Positions 1 through 18,715 of a stretch of 64,000 bases of DNA are shown here, in pieces. A program made the position numbers and the translations under genes. This stretch comes from Macrostomum hystrix. Lineage: Eukaryota > Animalia > Platyhelminthes. Position 1 is the stretch's first letter, and each line of letters opens with the position of its first letter. The stretch spans positions 3,162,001 through 3,226,000 of the forward strand of contig CATNEN010000011.1 in assembly GCA_950097015.1 (NCBI GenBank), read 5' to 3'. Under the pieces are notes generated by a model that had not been told where the DNA came from, did not search any database, and saw nothing but the letters and a program-made list of their open reading frames with translations.

Positions 1-407
1 CATTTAGGGTTAATATTAATTTTCTTATCGTACTTGTTTGATCATTAGAGAATTTAAGAACAAATCAGTATTAAACTTTTGTTCATTGATTCTCTGTGAT
101 TTTAACTCGGTGCAGAAACCAGCTGGTTTTCAATGCTACAACCAGTGGCTAAAACTAACTTTGCATTACTATAAACATAAAATATTATGCAGGCGCGTAG
201 CTATACACGAGCTTGTAGTTACTAGATCATAACACGAGAATATTTAAATATTTAAAGAATGCTTATCACTTACTTTGCTTTCGAAAATGATGTTAAATGT
301 TCCTACTTATTTAGAAGCGGTCAATTTTAAGGCATAAGAAACCTCAAGGTTCTGGTTTAAGAAAATACACCTTTATGGAACAAATCTCTTTCTCTAACGC
401 TTCGCAG

Positions 408-3400
408 ATACTTTACTGCACAGCTGGAATGGCATGGCATCCGGTGGCTCGTTCTCTATCAGATTACCGAGTATACTTGCTTCACCTATCGCCAGCTGCA
501 AATTGCGGAATTCGTGCCTGAAACAGAGCATCGATGTGGCTGTAATGAAAATCAAGAAACTTATACAATGTTAAAATATGTGTCATGATTAACTCCGACT
601 AAATCTCTTTCTCACTCTCCCTTTCAGCCAACAAACAAAACCCTGTCTTCCGCGGTGGAAGTTTTTTTATTTGAGCTCTGGAAGGCACCAGAGATTTCAC
701 CGCCCTACTGCATCACTTCAGTTTCTTGCACTGTTCGCTCGGCATCCTTTTCTGCGGCTCTTGTCGAACGAAACTTCGGCTCCATTGTCTGTGAGTTTAT
801 ATTAGTACTAAACCTGAAATTAATGTCAACAAAAATATGTTAAGATGCTATAAAACAAGCAGTAAAATAAAACATTTTCATAGCCAATCCACAATCAGTC
901 AGCATCGAACTCATCAACCCGGAACTCTGGTCTCAGAGTGGACTCATTCAGTTCTATGCAACATCGCAGCCCGCGTGTCCAAATGTACGGCATCGATGCG
1001 AGCTTAGATCAACCAATGGAGAAGTTTCGCGAGCACTGCAGATCAGCTCAGTAAGCGATCATTAAACTGATTTTCATGAAACTGACCAACCAAAATGGTA
1101 AATTGGAGCGTTGGAGAAATATGTGTCTTGTTTAGGGACATCAATTTCAATAGGGCAGAGATTGGAACTCGCGATGCTTCAATTAAACCATTGGAGGCGC
1201 TCTGTTCACTGGGCTGAAATTTCTCTTTCACAATACAAATGATACTAACTATTTGGTAAGATGACTACATGTATGAGCAAGTTAAAAGACATATTTAGCT
1301 TATTTTATTTAAGAAATTCTAGAACGCTTACAAAACACTATGCTTTATCTTAACAATACTGTAACTATATATAGCTCACTATCAAACCTATACTACTCCA
1401 CAGACAATTCAACATTCAACCTTTACGATACTATAACTATAGTAAGTTTTCGATTATAACTATAGGATACCAGGCCGGGCATCAGATGGTGTTCAGTGAA
1501 AACCTTGTTTCGGTTAGCCGTGCCTTTAAGGACAGCTGCTATTCCAACAGCTATTGTGGCGTGTCTGAAGCTGGATCGTAGCTATGATTTGAAATCCATA
1601 ATTCTAGATGGTAAGCTTTTGAATTAAATAGAATGGAAAATGTTCTGAATTCGGAATGTTTAGAATGAAAATTCTGAATTTTAACTCTAGATCAACGAAT
1701 CACTTGGAATTTCACCAATTGGACGGGCGTTGCGTCGTCGGGATCGTTCAGTGTCACAGTCGACCCCGGGATGGGCATCGGCTCTGTTCGATGCAGCGTA
1801 AAGAACGAATGCGGCGAATACCTTCCCATCCACAGCTTTAAACTAGTTTCCAAGAGAAATGAGGCGGTCTTTAATTCTGACCCAACAGCGGCTCCTGAAA
1901 GTTGTGTTTCCGAGGTCTTGTGCAAGTTTTCAGCACCGAACGGTTGGACTCGGGACAGTTCTGTTAGAAATCTGACTGGTGAGGGATAAAGCATTATTCG
2001 TTCGTTGAGTTCAAGCCTTGTTTCCATGTACATTCTAATCGTTTATAGTAACTCCTAACATACGACTAGAAATTTCAGTATTAACCGTACCGCTGAGGTA
2101 TTTCAAATACCCACTGCCTACTTCACGATACCTCCCCTACCAAGTGACCGATTTTGAATCAGTGAAAGTCCGTTATTTGAATCAAAATCTTCTGACCTTT
2201 ACGATGAACTAACTTTTGAAGCCATAGGAGTTAGCAAAGTTGAGATATTCAGCGTCGAAGACCCTGGTGGCAAGGACTTATAAGATTGCCCTGTATAATC
2301 AATCATCTTTGACCTATTGGTTAAAAAGTGTATAAATTAACAATATAACTTATAGAATATAGTCAACAATAATAGCCGAGATACAAGCATCCTTGTAATT
2401 ACATGATAAAATTATCAAGCAGAAAATGTTTTCCTGTATTGGTGGGTTTTGCCACCAGACGCACCGAACATAATCGTTGAATATCTTGACGATGCTGATG
2501 TTTTGTGATTCTGGAAGTTGTCTCATCGGATAAAGCGGTAAAATTTCGACCGTATTATGGACTTTCATGGCGATTGGTTGAATGTTTTATTGGATACAGA
2601 AAAAATGCGCGTATTTGAAATGCCGCCGTCGTCTTTCTAACATACATGAAAGTCGTGTTTTTTCTATAAACGACTTTCGGTAAAACGCGAAGAGCTTTTT
2701 ACTAAATCTTCGTGTTTTTTCCAAACAAATTTTTAGCTCAACCAAGAGCTGTCATGATTAGTTTGATCGATGAAGCCTCTTGGTCCCCATCGGGATTTCG
2801 AACTTTTGTTGCTATATCCGACAATGTCTGCCCAACAGTGCAGCACCACTGCGAGCTTTCGTCTTCTCATGACAGTTCTCAGCCTACGGATGTCATCAGC
2901 ATTGTGAGCGCAATTTATCGTTGCTGCTGCTCAGTTGTATATTTTCGTCAAAGTTAAGTTATCTCTATACACAAGTGCTTGTTTTTCCGTACTAAAACTT
3001 GTGTTAAACCGTTGCATTTCTAGCGAAGAATTCCGGCAAATTCTTCCTGTGGGACAGCAAGCTACAAACTGCGAACTATTTTTTCGGTGCCAAAAAACGT
3101 CACAGTTCTTGAGAACTCTTATATTAAATGCGAAAAAGCTGGCGGCGAGTTCGAAGTGCAGCTGCTAAAAAGCGATGGTAATTGAAACACTTAAAATTTC
3201 CTTTGTTATCATTATTTGCTGGACGGCGCAGGTATATTTGCAAGGTATTGGCACATCATTTGGTGACAGTAGACCTGCAGCCAGCGAGGAGGCAATTCTG
3301 CCCATTTCGCTGGCTCCTGAGTACACACGCACACGGATATACCGTACACAGTCACACACTCACACAGGTATGTACATGCGCCCTGACTTTTTCATCGTCA

Positions 3401-4117
3401 GACAGTGTACTTGTTAGTCTCTCACTGGGCCTTGGAAGTATGCCATCAAGGACGTAAATTGCATGACAAGCTGCGCCCAAGCTTTCGCTCCGCGGCTGCG
3501 CCCAAATGAATGCGGCCTCCCCGCGGATTCGAGCTCAGGGACATTGGTGCGAGAAGGAAACGCATTAGACTGTTCTGCCACTCACCCCCCAAAACATGCA
3601 CATGTACGAGTATTTGGATGAGTACTGTCAGTAAATTCTGTCAGTAACATATCTTTCTGTCAGTAAACTATCTGTTGCTAAAAAATCCGTTTGTTTTGCT
3701 CACAGAGTCACGTGCAACAACTATTTCCCAATGGCCTATATAATTTTCAGCCCGCAGACACGCAGAGCGACTTGAAAAAATACACAGTGGTCAACGAAGC
3801 TTGCTGTTGCCTCTCTCAATCACTGGCTTCAGCTTGTTCACTGCTGTCACATCAGTCCTGGTGGTTGTGACCCTAGTCAGACGACGTCGTGCCAACACTG
3901 CAGCTGCGGTGTCATATCACAGTGGTAACAAAGCAACTGGTGGAGAAGCTTCTGGTAGGGCCGAAGAGGTGAATTGTCTTCACGCACAGAATGAATTGGT
4001 AGGAATAACATTATTTTCATTAAAGCAAGGCATTTTTTAACATTAAAATTTCGTTCTAAAAAATTAAACGTTAATTTTTAGTACGTCTGCGACAGTTTGG
4101 AGGTCTACGTTGTGTGA
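408..4117 (+). CDS. Partial (5' end outside or unresolved) multi-exon gene for an uncharacterised single-pass type I membrane protein with two copies of a Cys-rich extracellular module
   Basis: Inferred exons 408-579, 628-790, 884-1050, 1466-1610, 1691-1978, 2737-2903, 3024-3177, 3751-3968, 4082-4117 join in frame with GT-AG ends. Exons 884-1050 and 2737-2903 are both 167 nt, phase 1 to 0, and encode homologous peptides (PQSVSIELINPELWSQSGLIQFYATSQPACPNVRHRCELRS vs PRAVMISLIDEASWSPSGFRTFVAISDNVCPTVQHHCELSS). Exon 3751-3968 encodes a hydrophobic segment followed by RRRR. The donor at 580 and the last exon are the least certain parts. Confidence 0.7.
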
Positions 4118-5216
4118 CGATGACGACGCCATCTTACAAACATACAAACTGGATTTTTTAAAGCTAAAATAATTGCTCTTACACAAGCATGCAGCTTTTT
4201 CCAAAATGTTTCTATAAAAAAGTGTGCACTTTACTCATTATTATAATAAAAGTTTGTAACTAATTTTATGTTTTGTATTATCACAATTTTAATTACTCGA
4301 TCGTATCAATATGAAAAAATTGCGGTAGTATAAGTAGCCTAGTGGGTACCGCATGATCGGACTGATGAATCGATAACTGCACTGGGGGTTCGATTCCCGA
4401 TTTCACTGAAAATTCTTGTATCCTTTAGTATAAGACACTTTTAGCTCAGCGTTGCTTCAGTTCACCCAGCTGCTAAGTGGATACCTGGGACTACTAAATA
4501 CTGAGTATGTATAGAAGTCCCTGATGGATACCACCTGGTAAATGGATAACTGAATGTAACAGAGAGTCCCCATACGAATTCCTGTAGTGAACATACGCAA
4601 TCGTATGCAGCCTAGCTTCAGATGTGCCGCGTAATATCTGCAGTTATGCTCTCGGCTGCACATCAGGCCCGACTGGGGCGGCAGTTGTAATCAGTGATTA
4701 TTATTATTATTATTTTAATCTTTTTATATAATATTTTTAACACGAACTATTTTAAATCGCAGTGCTTTATAAATTACTGCCCATTTCCGGGCTTCGATCC
4801 TGTACTTCAATTTCAAAGTGTAGAACGTGTATCATGCTTCGTTTCTTCGTTTAAATCACTACAGCATTTATTCAGTGCAAAATGCGAATACTACGAAATA
4901 AACGTAATATTTTTCGCGTTTATGTGAATGCGGCTTAAGAGAGTTTTTTTTAGCTTTCTGCACTCGAGTGCCTTCAGGAGCCTTCATATAAGAATACGAT
5001 TTACTGCAGACCACACGATCCGCGTAAATCGCGGATCAAATATCAATTTTACCTTTTAGGTGCATACGCTCACCAATCATACGCATTTATGCCACGTTTT
5101 AATTAGCCACAGAAGACCGAATTGCTAGACATTGTTCGGCTCTGAGACACTGACATAGATTTAGACCAGCGGCTATAATTCTATAATTCTGTCCCATTTC
5201 AGTTAGTCTAACTTTC

Positions 5217-5400
5217 ATGCATGGGCTAGACGTAGGCGAACAAGTTGAAATGGCGAGGCAATTTGGCAAAGCATGGTCCGCCTTCGTTTGGAGCGAGCGT
5301 ATGCTGCTCTCTGAAGAGGACCTTCACATGACGCGGACACAGGTCTGGGTCTTAGTCCGTGCAGCATTGATATATGGCGTATGCCACTGTGAAGGTTGTC
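5217..5400 (+). mobile_element. Degenerate non-LTR retrotransposon fragment (RTE-like, region after RT)
   Basis: GKAWSAF....L...T.TQVW..V.AALIYG resembles the post-RT segment of RTE-clade elements (KAxxAF...TK..VY...L.YG). Confidence 0.45.
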
Positions 5401-7454
5401 GTGGACTTACGCAACTTAAGACGCAACCAACACAAGCGGAAAACAGCATGAACGAAAAACAGGACCGACCCACTGTACCAAAAGCAACCGGCGAACGCGC
5501 TTAAAGCGGCCAATTCTATGAGCTGCTAAGAAAATGACGTAGTAACGCTGATCGCGATTTAAAAACTTGGGTAAGATGAGAGGAAATCTAATCGGAGACA
5601 ACCTAAAATCTTTAACACCCACAAAAAATTCCTGTTAGGAAAATCTATTTCCCTTTTGACTAAAAAACAATGACTATGATTATTTTTACTGTTTTTAACT
5701 TAACGGAGACTACTACTGTTACATCGTCAATGTAACAATGTATAAATTTTTAGAATAGTGTAGTAAAAAACTTTTTAATGTCTATTTTACTGGTGAATGC
5801 ATTTAAGTAACTTTTAGTGCGAAAATATTTTAAATATGCAAAGGTTAATTTGTTTAAAATTAGAAGCTGAAAACGAGTTTATTTTAATATTACGTGTGCT
5901 TTAAGCATTCCGCGAATCAGATACCGATCCATCAACCTATAACTTTCAGACTTTGACTTACAGTAGCATTAGCATAGGCCTAGTATAGTAATAATTAGTC
6001 ATAACACTGGATGGAAAAAACTAGATGTAATTGATCGATCGAACTAAAATGACATGCCCAGTTTCTCTAAATATTTAATGCTCAGAATTATTCACTTATT
6101 TTAGTTATTTATTGTCTTCCTAACTTCATAGCTTTATAAACAGTATAAATCCTTTTACTTATATCTATAAAATGTAGCTAGGTGGATTCAAAGACATCTT
6201 TATAGCTAATAAATGACAGAACTGGTTGAAATAGAGAATACCCAATTTAGATTTTTTAAGAGTGAGTAAAAATATATCTAGTGGTTACAAATTAACTAAA
6301 GTTCAAAGTTCAAAAGTAAAAATTATAAAGTAAAAATTATTTTTATTTTATTAAAGAAGCTACTTTAATTGTTGTTAATAAATCAAATTGAATTTTAAGG
6401 TGCCAAACTGGAAGATTGCCACAATTTCCAGGGGTGTAGCCAGGATTTTTTGGGGTATGGGTTTTATGTTCTGTCAAGTGTAATCCAATACTTGTTGGTC
6501 TTAAAGATAACCTAGCTTTGCTTATGGCCATGGGTCTACTAACAATTTTTAACATTTTTAGTTGAAGAAATTTGCTTGGAAGAGCAAGGTAAATGTGATG
6601 CATATGCTTGTATTAAAAAAGATGTCCTAAAATATTTTATATTTAAGCGTAAATATAATAGTAATGACACCATCGTGCAATACAGACAGCAACAGCAGGA
6701 GCAGTCTGAGTAGAACTGTTTTGGGTAAGGGCAGGGCCAACCAACATATATGTATAATATATGTACACTCAGGTCTAGTGAGATCTTGAGAGAAATTCAA
6801 CTATCAAACTTATCAAAGCCTAGGCCCTTAGCAAGTTCAGCCTCCAGTTATTTTGGCTTTAGAGAGAAATTTCTTGACATCAAGCAGCAATGTCCTGCTC
6901 CCCTAGTGAACTGATTATTATAGTTGAATCCATTGGACCATACTAGAATATCCTTTGCTTTGCTAAAGTGTGGTACAAATCTTATGGTGACTAGCTATAT
7001 AGAAATGAGAAAGCTTTTTAACATCACATTGATGTTTCGATTGGCTGAATCATCATAGAGTTCTTTGTGCTTAAATAATGCAGTTTTCTTGCCAGCACAG
7101 CACTTCCAACTAAAGAATGTCAGTTTCCACAAGGTCATTATAGGCCTAAGCTGGTTAAGGTTACTTTGCATAGTGCAAATACAAAGTTTAGATTTTAAAT
7201 TAGTAATAAGTCTCTATATAGCATATCATTTTGTAGGTCGCATAATTGCTATATATATTGTCTCTGTACTGTTCTTACTTGTAGTTATTATATAAGCTAA
7301 ATAAACATGCTAAATTTTTCAGCAGTGCAATGCATGACTCTGACAAGTATTCGTTTGCAAACTCAAAGTGAGTTAAAATATCTTTTTTAATGAGTAGACA
7401 TGACTTAAGTTTCATTGCATTGCTACTTTTTTACCATCATTCTGCTTTTTTAGC

Positions 7455-15022
<7,568 letters not shown>

Positions 15023-15845
15023 ACCAACTGATCCAATCAACATTTGGTTTACATTTGCATTCTTCATGTGATCTTCTTTCTCAAAGACAGCAGCCTAAAA
15101 TGTGACTCATTCCATTGTGTTTATTTGTTAAACTGTTTATTTAACTGTTCATCTGGGGTTTTAGCCTAGGAGTGGTTATAGCGTCGGACTCACGACTCAA
15201 ATGTCAGAGGTTCGATTCCCGACTCCATTAGAACAATTCGTCTTTTAGTTAGACACTTAAATGGTGGGTTCAGTGGCAGAGCGGTTAACGTGTTCGCCTC
15301 TCGCACCAATGTCCCTGAGGTCGATTCCGCGGCGAGGCCACCTTTATTTGAGGCGCAGCCGCAGAGAGAAGGCTTGGGGGCTTGTCGTGCAATTTACGCC
15401 CTTGAGGACCAACCTCGAAGGCACAAAGAGGGTGTAGACTGGCCTGTCGATGAGAAAGTCAGGGCAGATCACACACCTGTGTTAGTGTGTGCCTGCGTAC
15501 AGTACCTGTGTGCTCAGGACTCAGCGAAATGGGAAGAATTGCCTCCTAGCTGGCTGTGTGTCTACAGCGTCACCAAATTATGATTAAGACACTTGAATCT
15601 ACATAGCTTCAGTTCACCCAGCTGTTAAATGAGTGCTGGCACTGCTGGGGTAATTGACTTATGGGTGTGGCGTCCCCCCAGTCCATGGACTGAACAGCCG
15701 TACGCAGCCTTCAGACGCGCCACGCAATAGCTGCGGCTGTGCTGTCGACTGCACATCTGGCCCAGTCGGGACAGTTGTAATGAGCTGTCTTATGTCTCAT
15801 TATTAACTTTTATTTTAATTAATCTCCGCGGCTGCGCCTCAGAGA

Positions 15846-16150
15846 GGTTGTAGCCTAGTGGTTAAGGCGTCGGACTCATGACTTGAAGGTCAGGGGTTCG
15901 AATCCCGACTCCACTGGAACAATTTGCGTCCTTTAGCAAGACACTTAACTCTGCATTGCTTCAGTTCACCCTGCTGTTAAATGGGTACCAGCATCAGCTG
16001 GGATAATTGAAGGTGGGTGTGGCGTCCCCCCAGTCCATGGACTGAACAGCTGTACGCAGCCTTCAGATGCGCCGCGCATTAGCTGCGGCTGTGCTGTCGG
16101 CTGCACATCTGACCCAATTGGGGCAGGTGTAATCAATTACAATTTAATTA
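15846..16150 (+). mobile_element. SINE family 1 (tRNA head plus CORE-like domain). Other copies at about 4333-4715(+), 15165-15800(+, interrupted), 29275-29420(+), 55343-55650(+), 56255-56520(+), 57690-57860(-), 58640-58880(-)
   Basis: A/B boxes (TAGCCTAGTGG, GGTTCGAATCC), then GTCCTTTAGCAAGACACTTAACTCTGCATTGCTTCAGTTCACCC..TAAATGGG resembling the CORE-SINE domain; AT-rich tail. Confidence 0.85.
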
Positions 16151-16854
16151 ACTATTATTAATATATTCATTTGTTTGTTCCTTTAGTGTGCTTCTGTCAT
16201 TTTTTCGTCTTGCCCTCCTGAATCCCAACATTATTCCCGAGCCTCATCTCTTCCATTAGTCCACCCCATTCAGTTCCTCACTTCCCCATTAACCTCAGTC
16301 AAGTCATTAGCGTTCAATAGTTTTCTCCCAACTGGCCAATGGCCTTACCTATTTTTATTGTCAATGGTAGCAGTGGTCTTTCTTTGTTTCCGAACTGTAA
16401 ATCTATCAATAATTGTAAACAAAAAAATAGATTTTCTTGTTTATAGCGGTAACCACAAATAATTTAACTGTTGGTCAGTTGTTGCGTAAACCTTTTCCGC
16501 TATTTCTAGAGTTATGTACAGCATGTACAGCATTTTCTGTGTTAGAGTCAAATTAACTTGACAGTGATACATTTCACTGACAATGACTTATTTAAAAATG
16601 TTAAACAAAAATGAATTTTTCAAAACACTCGCAATTTCATTGGTGACATTTGACACACATGTGCGTATATGTGCTAGTCTAGCTTTGACTGTTTCGATCA
16701 TAAATAGTAGATTAATGCTATTGCGTGAAAGCAATATTGATCCGTATCTGATTGGCTTTCCGATTGCTGTTGCAATGGCTTTTGTCTGAACTTGTTCTTT
16801 AAACATGTAGAATATTGTCTCTGATCATTACATAGTTATGGCCATACTTCCTTG

Positions 16855-18600
16855 TCCCAGATCCATGTAGCACTAATGCCAGATCCCAAAATCAATGCAG
16901 CACTAATCCCAGATCCCAAAATCAATGCAGCACTAATCCCAGATCCCAAAATCAATGCAGCACTAATCCTAGATCCCAAAATCAACGTAGCACTAATGCC
17001 AGATCCCAAAATCAATGCAGCACTAATCCCAGATCCCAAAATCAAAGCAGCACTAATGCCAGATCCCAAAATCAATGCAGCACTAATCCTAGATCCCAAA
17101 ATCAAAGCAGCACTAATCCTAGATCCCAAAATCAACGTAGCACTAATCCCAGATCCCAAAATCAATGTAGCACTAATCCCAGATCCCTAAATCAATGCAG
17201 CACTAATCCCAGATCCCAAAATCAACGTAGCACTAATCCCAGATCCCTAAATCAACGTAGCACTAATCCCAGATCCCTAAATCAACGTAGCACTAATGCC
17301 AGATCCCAAAATCAATGCAGCACTAATCCTAGATCCCAAAATCAATGCAGCACTAATCCTAGATCCCAAAATCAACGTAGCACTAATCCCAGATCCCAAA
17401 ATCAATGTAGCACTAATCCCAGATCCCTAAATCAACGTAGCACTAATCCCAGATCCCAAAATCAATGCAGCACTAATCCCAGATCCCAAAATCAACGTAG
17501 CACTAATCCCAGATCCCAAAATCAATGCAGCACTAATCCCAGATCCCAAAATCAATGTAGCAATAATCCCAGATCCCAAAATCAATGCAGCACTAATCCC
17601 AGATCCCAAAATCAACGTTGCACTAACGCCAGATCCCAAAATCAACGTAGCACTAATCCCAGATCCCAAAATCAATGCAGCACTAATGCCAGATCCCAAA
17701 ATCAAAGCAGCACTAATCCCAGATCCCAAAATCAAAGCAGTACTAATCCCAGATCCCAAAATCAACGTAGCACTAATCCCAGGTCCTAAAATCAATGCAG
17801 CACTAATGCCAGATCCCAAAATCAAAGCAGCACTAATCCCAGATCCCAAAATCAATGCAGCACTAATCCCAGATCCCAAAATCAACGTAGCACTAATCCC
17901 AGATCCCAAAGTCAATGTAGCACTAATGCCAGATCCCAAAATCAACGTAGCACTAATCTCAGATCCCTAAATCAATGCAGCACTAATCCCAGATCCCAAA
18001 ATCAACGTAGCACTAATCCCAGATCCCAAAATCAACGTAGCACTAATCCCAGGTCCTAAAATCAATGCAGCACTAATGCCAGATCCCAAAATCAAAGCAG
18101 CACTAATCCCAGATCCCAAAATCAAAGCAGTACTAATCCCAGATCCCAAAATCAACGTAGCACTAATCCCAGATCCCAAAATCAACGTAGCACTAATCCC
18201 AGGTCCTAAAATCAATGCAGCACTAATCCCAGATCCCAAAATCAAAGCAGCACTAATCCCAGATCCCAAAATCAACGTAGCACTAATCTCAGATCCCAAA
18301 ATCAATTCAGCACTAATCTCAGATCCCAAAATCAATTCAGCACTAATCCCAGATCCCAAAATTAATGCAGCACTAATCCCAGATCCCAAAATCAATGCAG
18401 CACTAATCCCAGATCCCAAAATCAATGCAGCACTAATCCCAGATCCCAAAATCAACGTAGCACTAATCCCAGATCCCAAAATCAACGTAGCACTAATCTC
18501 AGATCCCAAAATCAATTCAGCGCTAATCCCAGATCCCAAAATTAATGCAGCACTAATCCCAGATCCCAAAATAAATGTAGCAGTAATCCAAGATCCCCAA
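16855..18600. repeat. 30-bp minisatellite (CCAGATCCCAAAATCAATGCAGCACTAATC), about 58 copies, ending about 115 bp upstream of the TIPIN ATG
   Basis: Directly visible tandem array. Confidence 0.97.
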
Positions 18601-18715
18601 AAGCACTAAAGCGGATCCTAAAACTGTATCCCAAATCCCTTAATCCTAATCCATGAATACGCAGCTGGTATTCAAAATTCACCCGCAGCCGTTCAGCTCA
18701 TCTCCCAATTGACGC

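Noticed and set aside
3240-3320. HDV-ribozyme-like words in the SINE-2 tail (GCCTCCTCGCTGGC, matching the HDV P3-L3 as I recall it, preceded by GCGAAATGGG)
   Set aside because: The order is permuted, there is no P1.1 GG after the candidate P1, and the region folds better as a simple hairpin (AGCCAGCGA...TCGCTGGCT enclosing GGCA-GAAT-TGCC). An RNArobo/Infernal search or cleavage assay would settle it.
4360-4415. Hammerhead-like CTGATGA...GAAA
   Set aside because: Stem II does not close directly onto GAAA, and the sequence is a decayed SINE tRNA head. CTGATGAG at about 52731 also lacks the downstream core.
6664-6724. Possible first coding exon of SLC30A5 (MTPSCNTDSN...LG|GTAAGG)
   Set aside because: It ends in phase 1 while the 7454 acceptor needs phase 2; not supportable without transcripts.
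15846-15925. tRNA genes (also about 55343, 58810, 47860)
   Set aside because: A/B boxes are present but the cloverleaf stems are broken and most continue into SINE body sequence.
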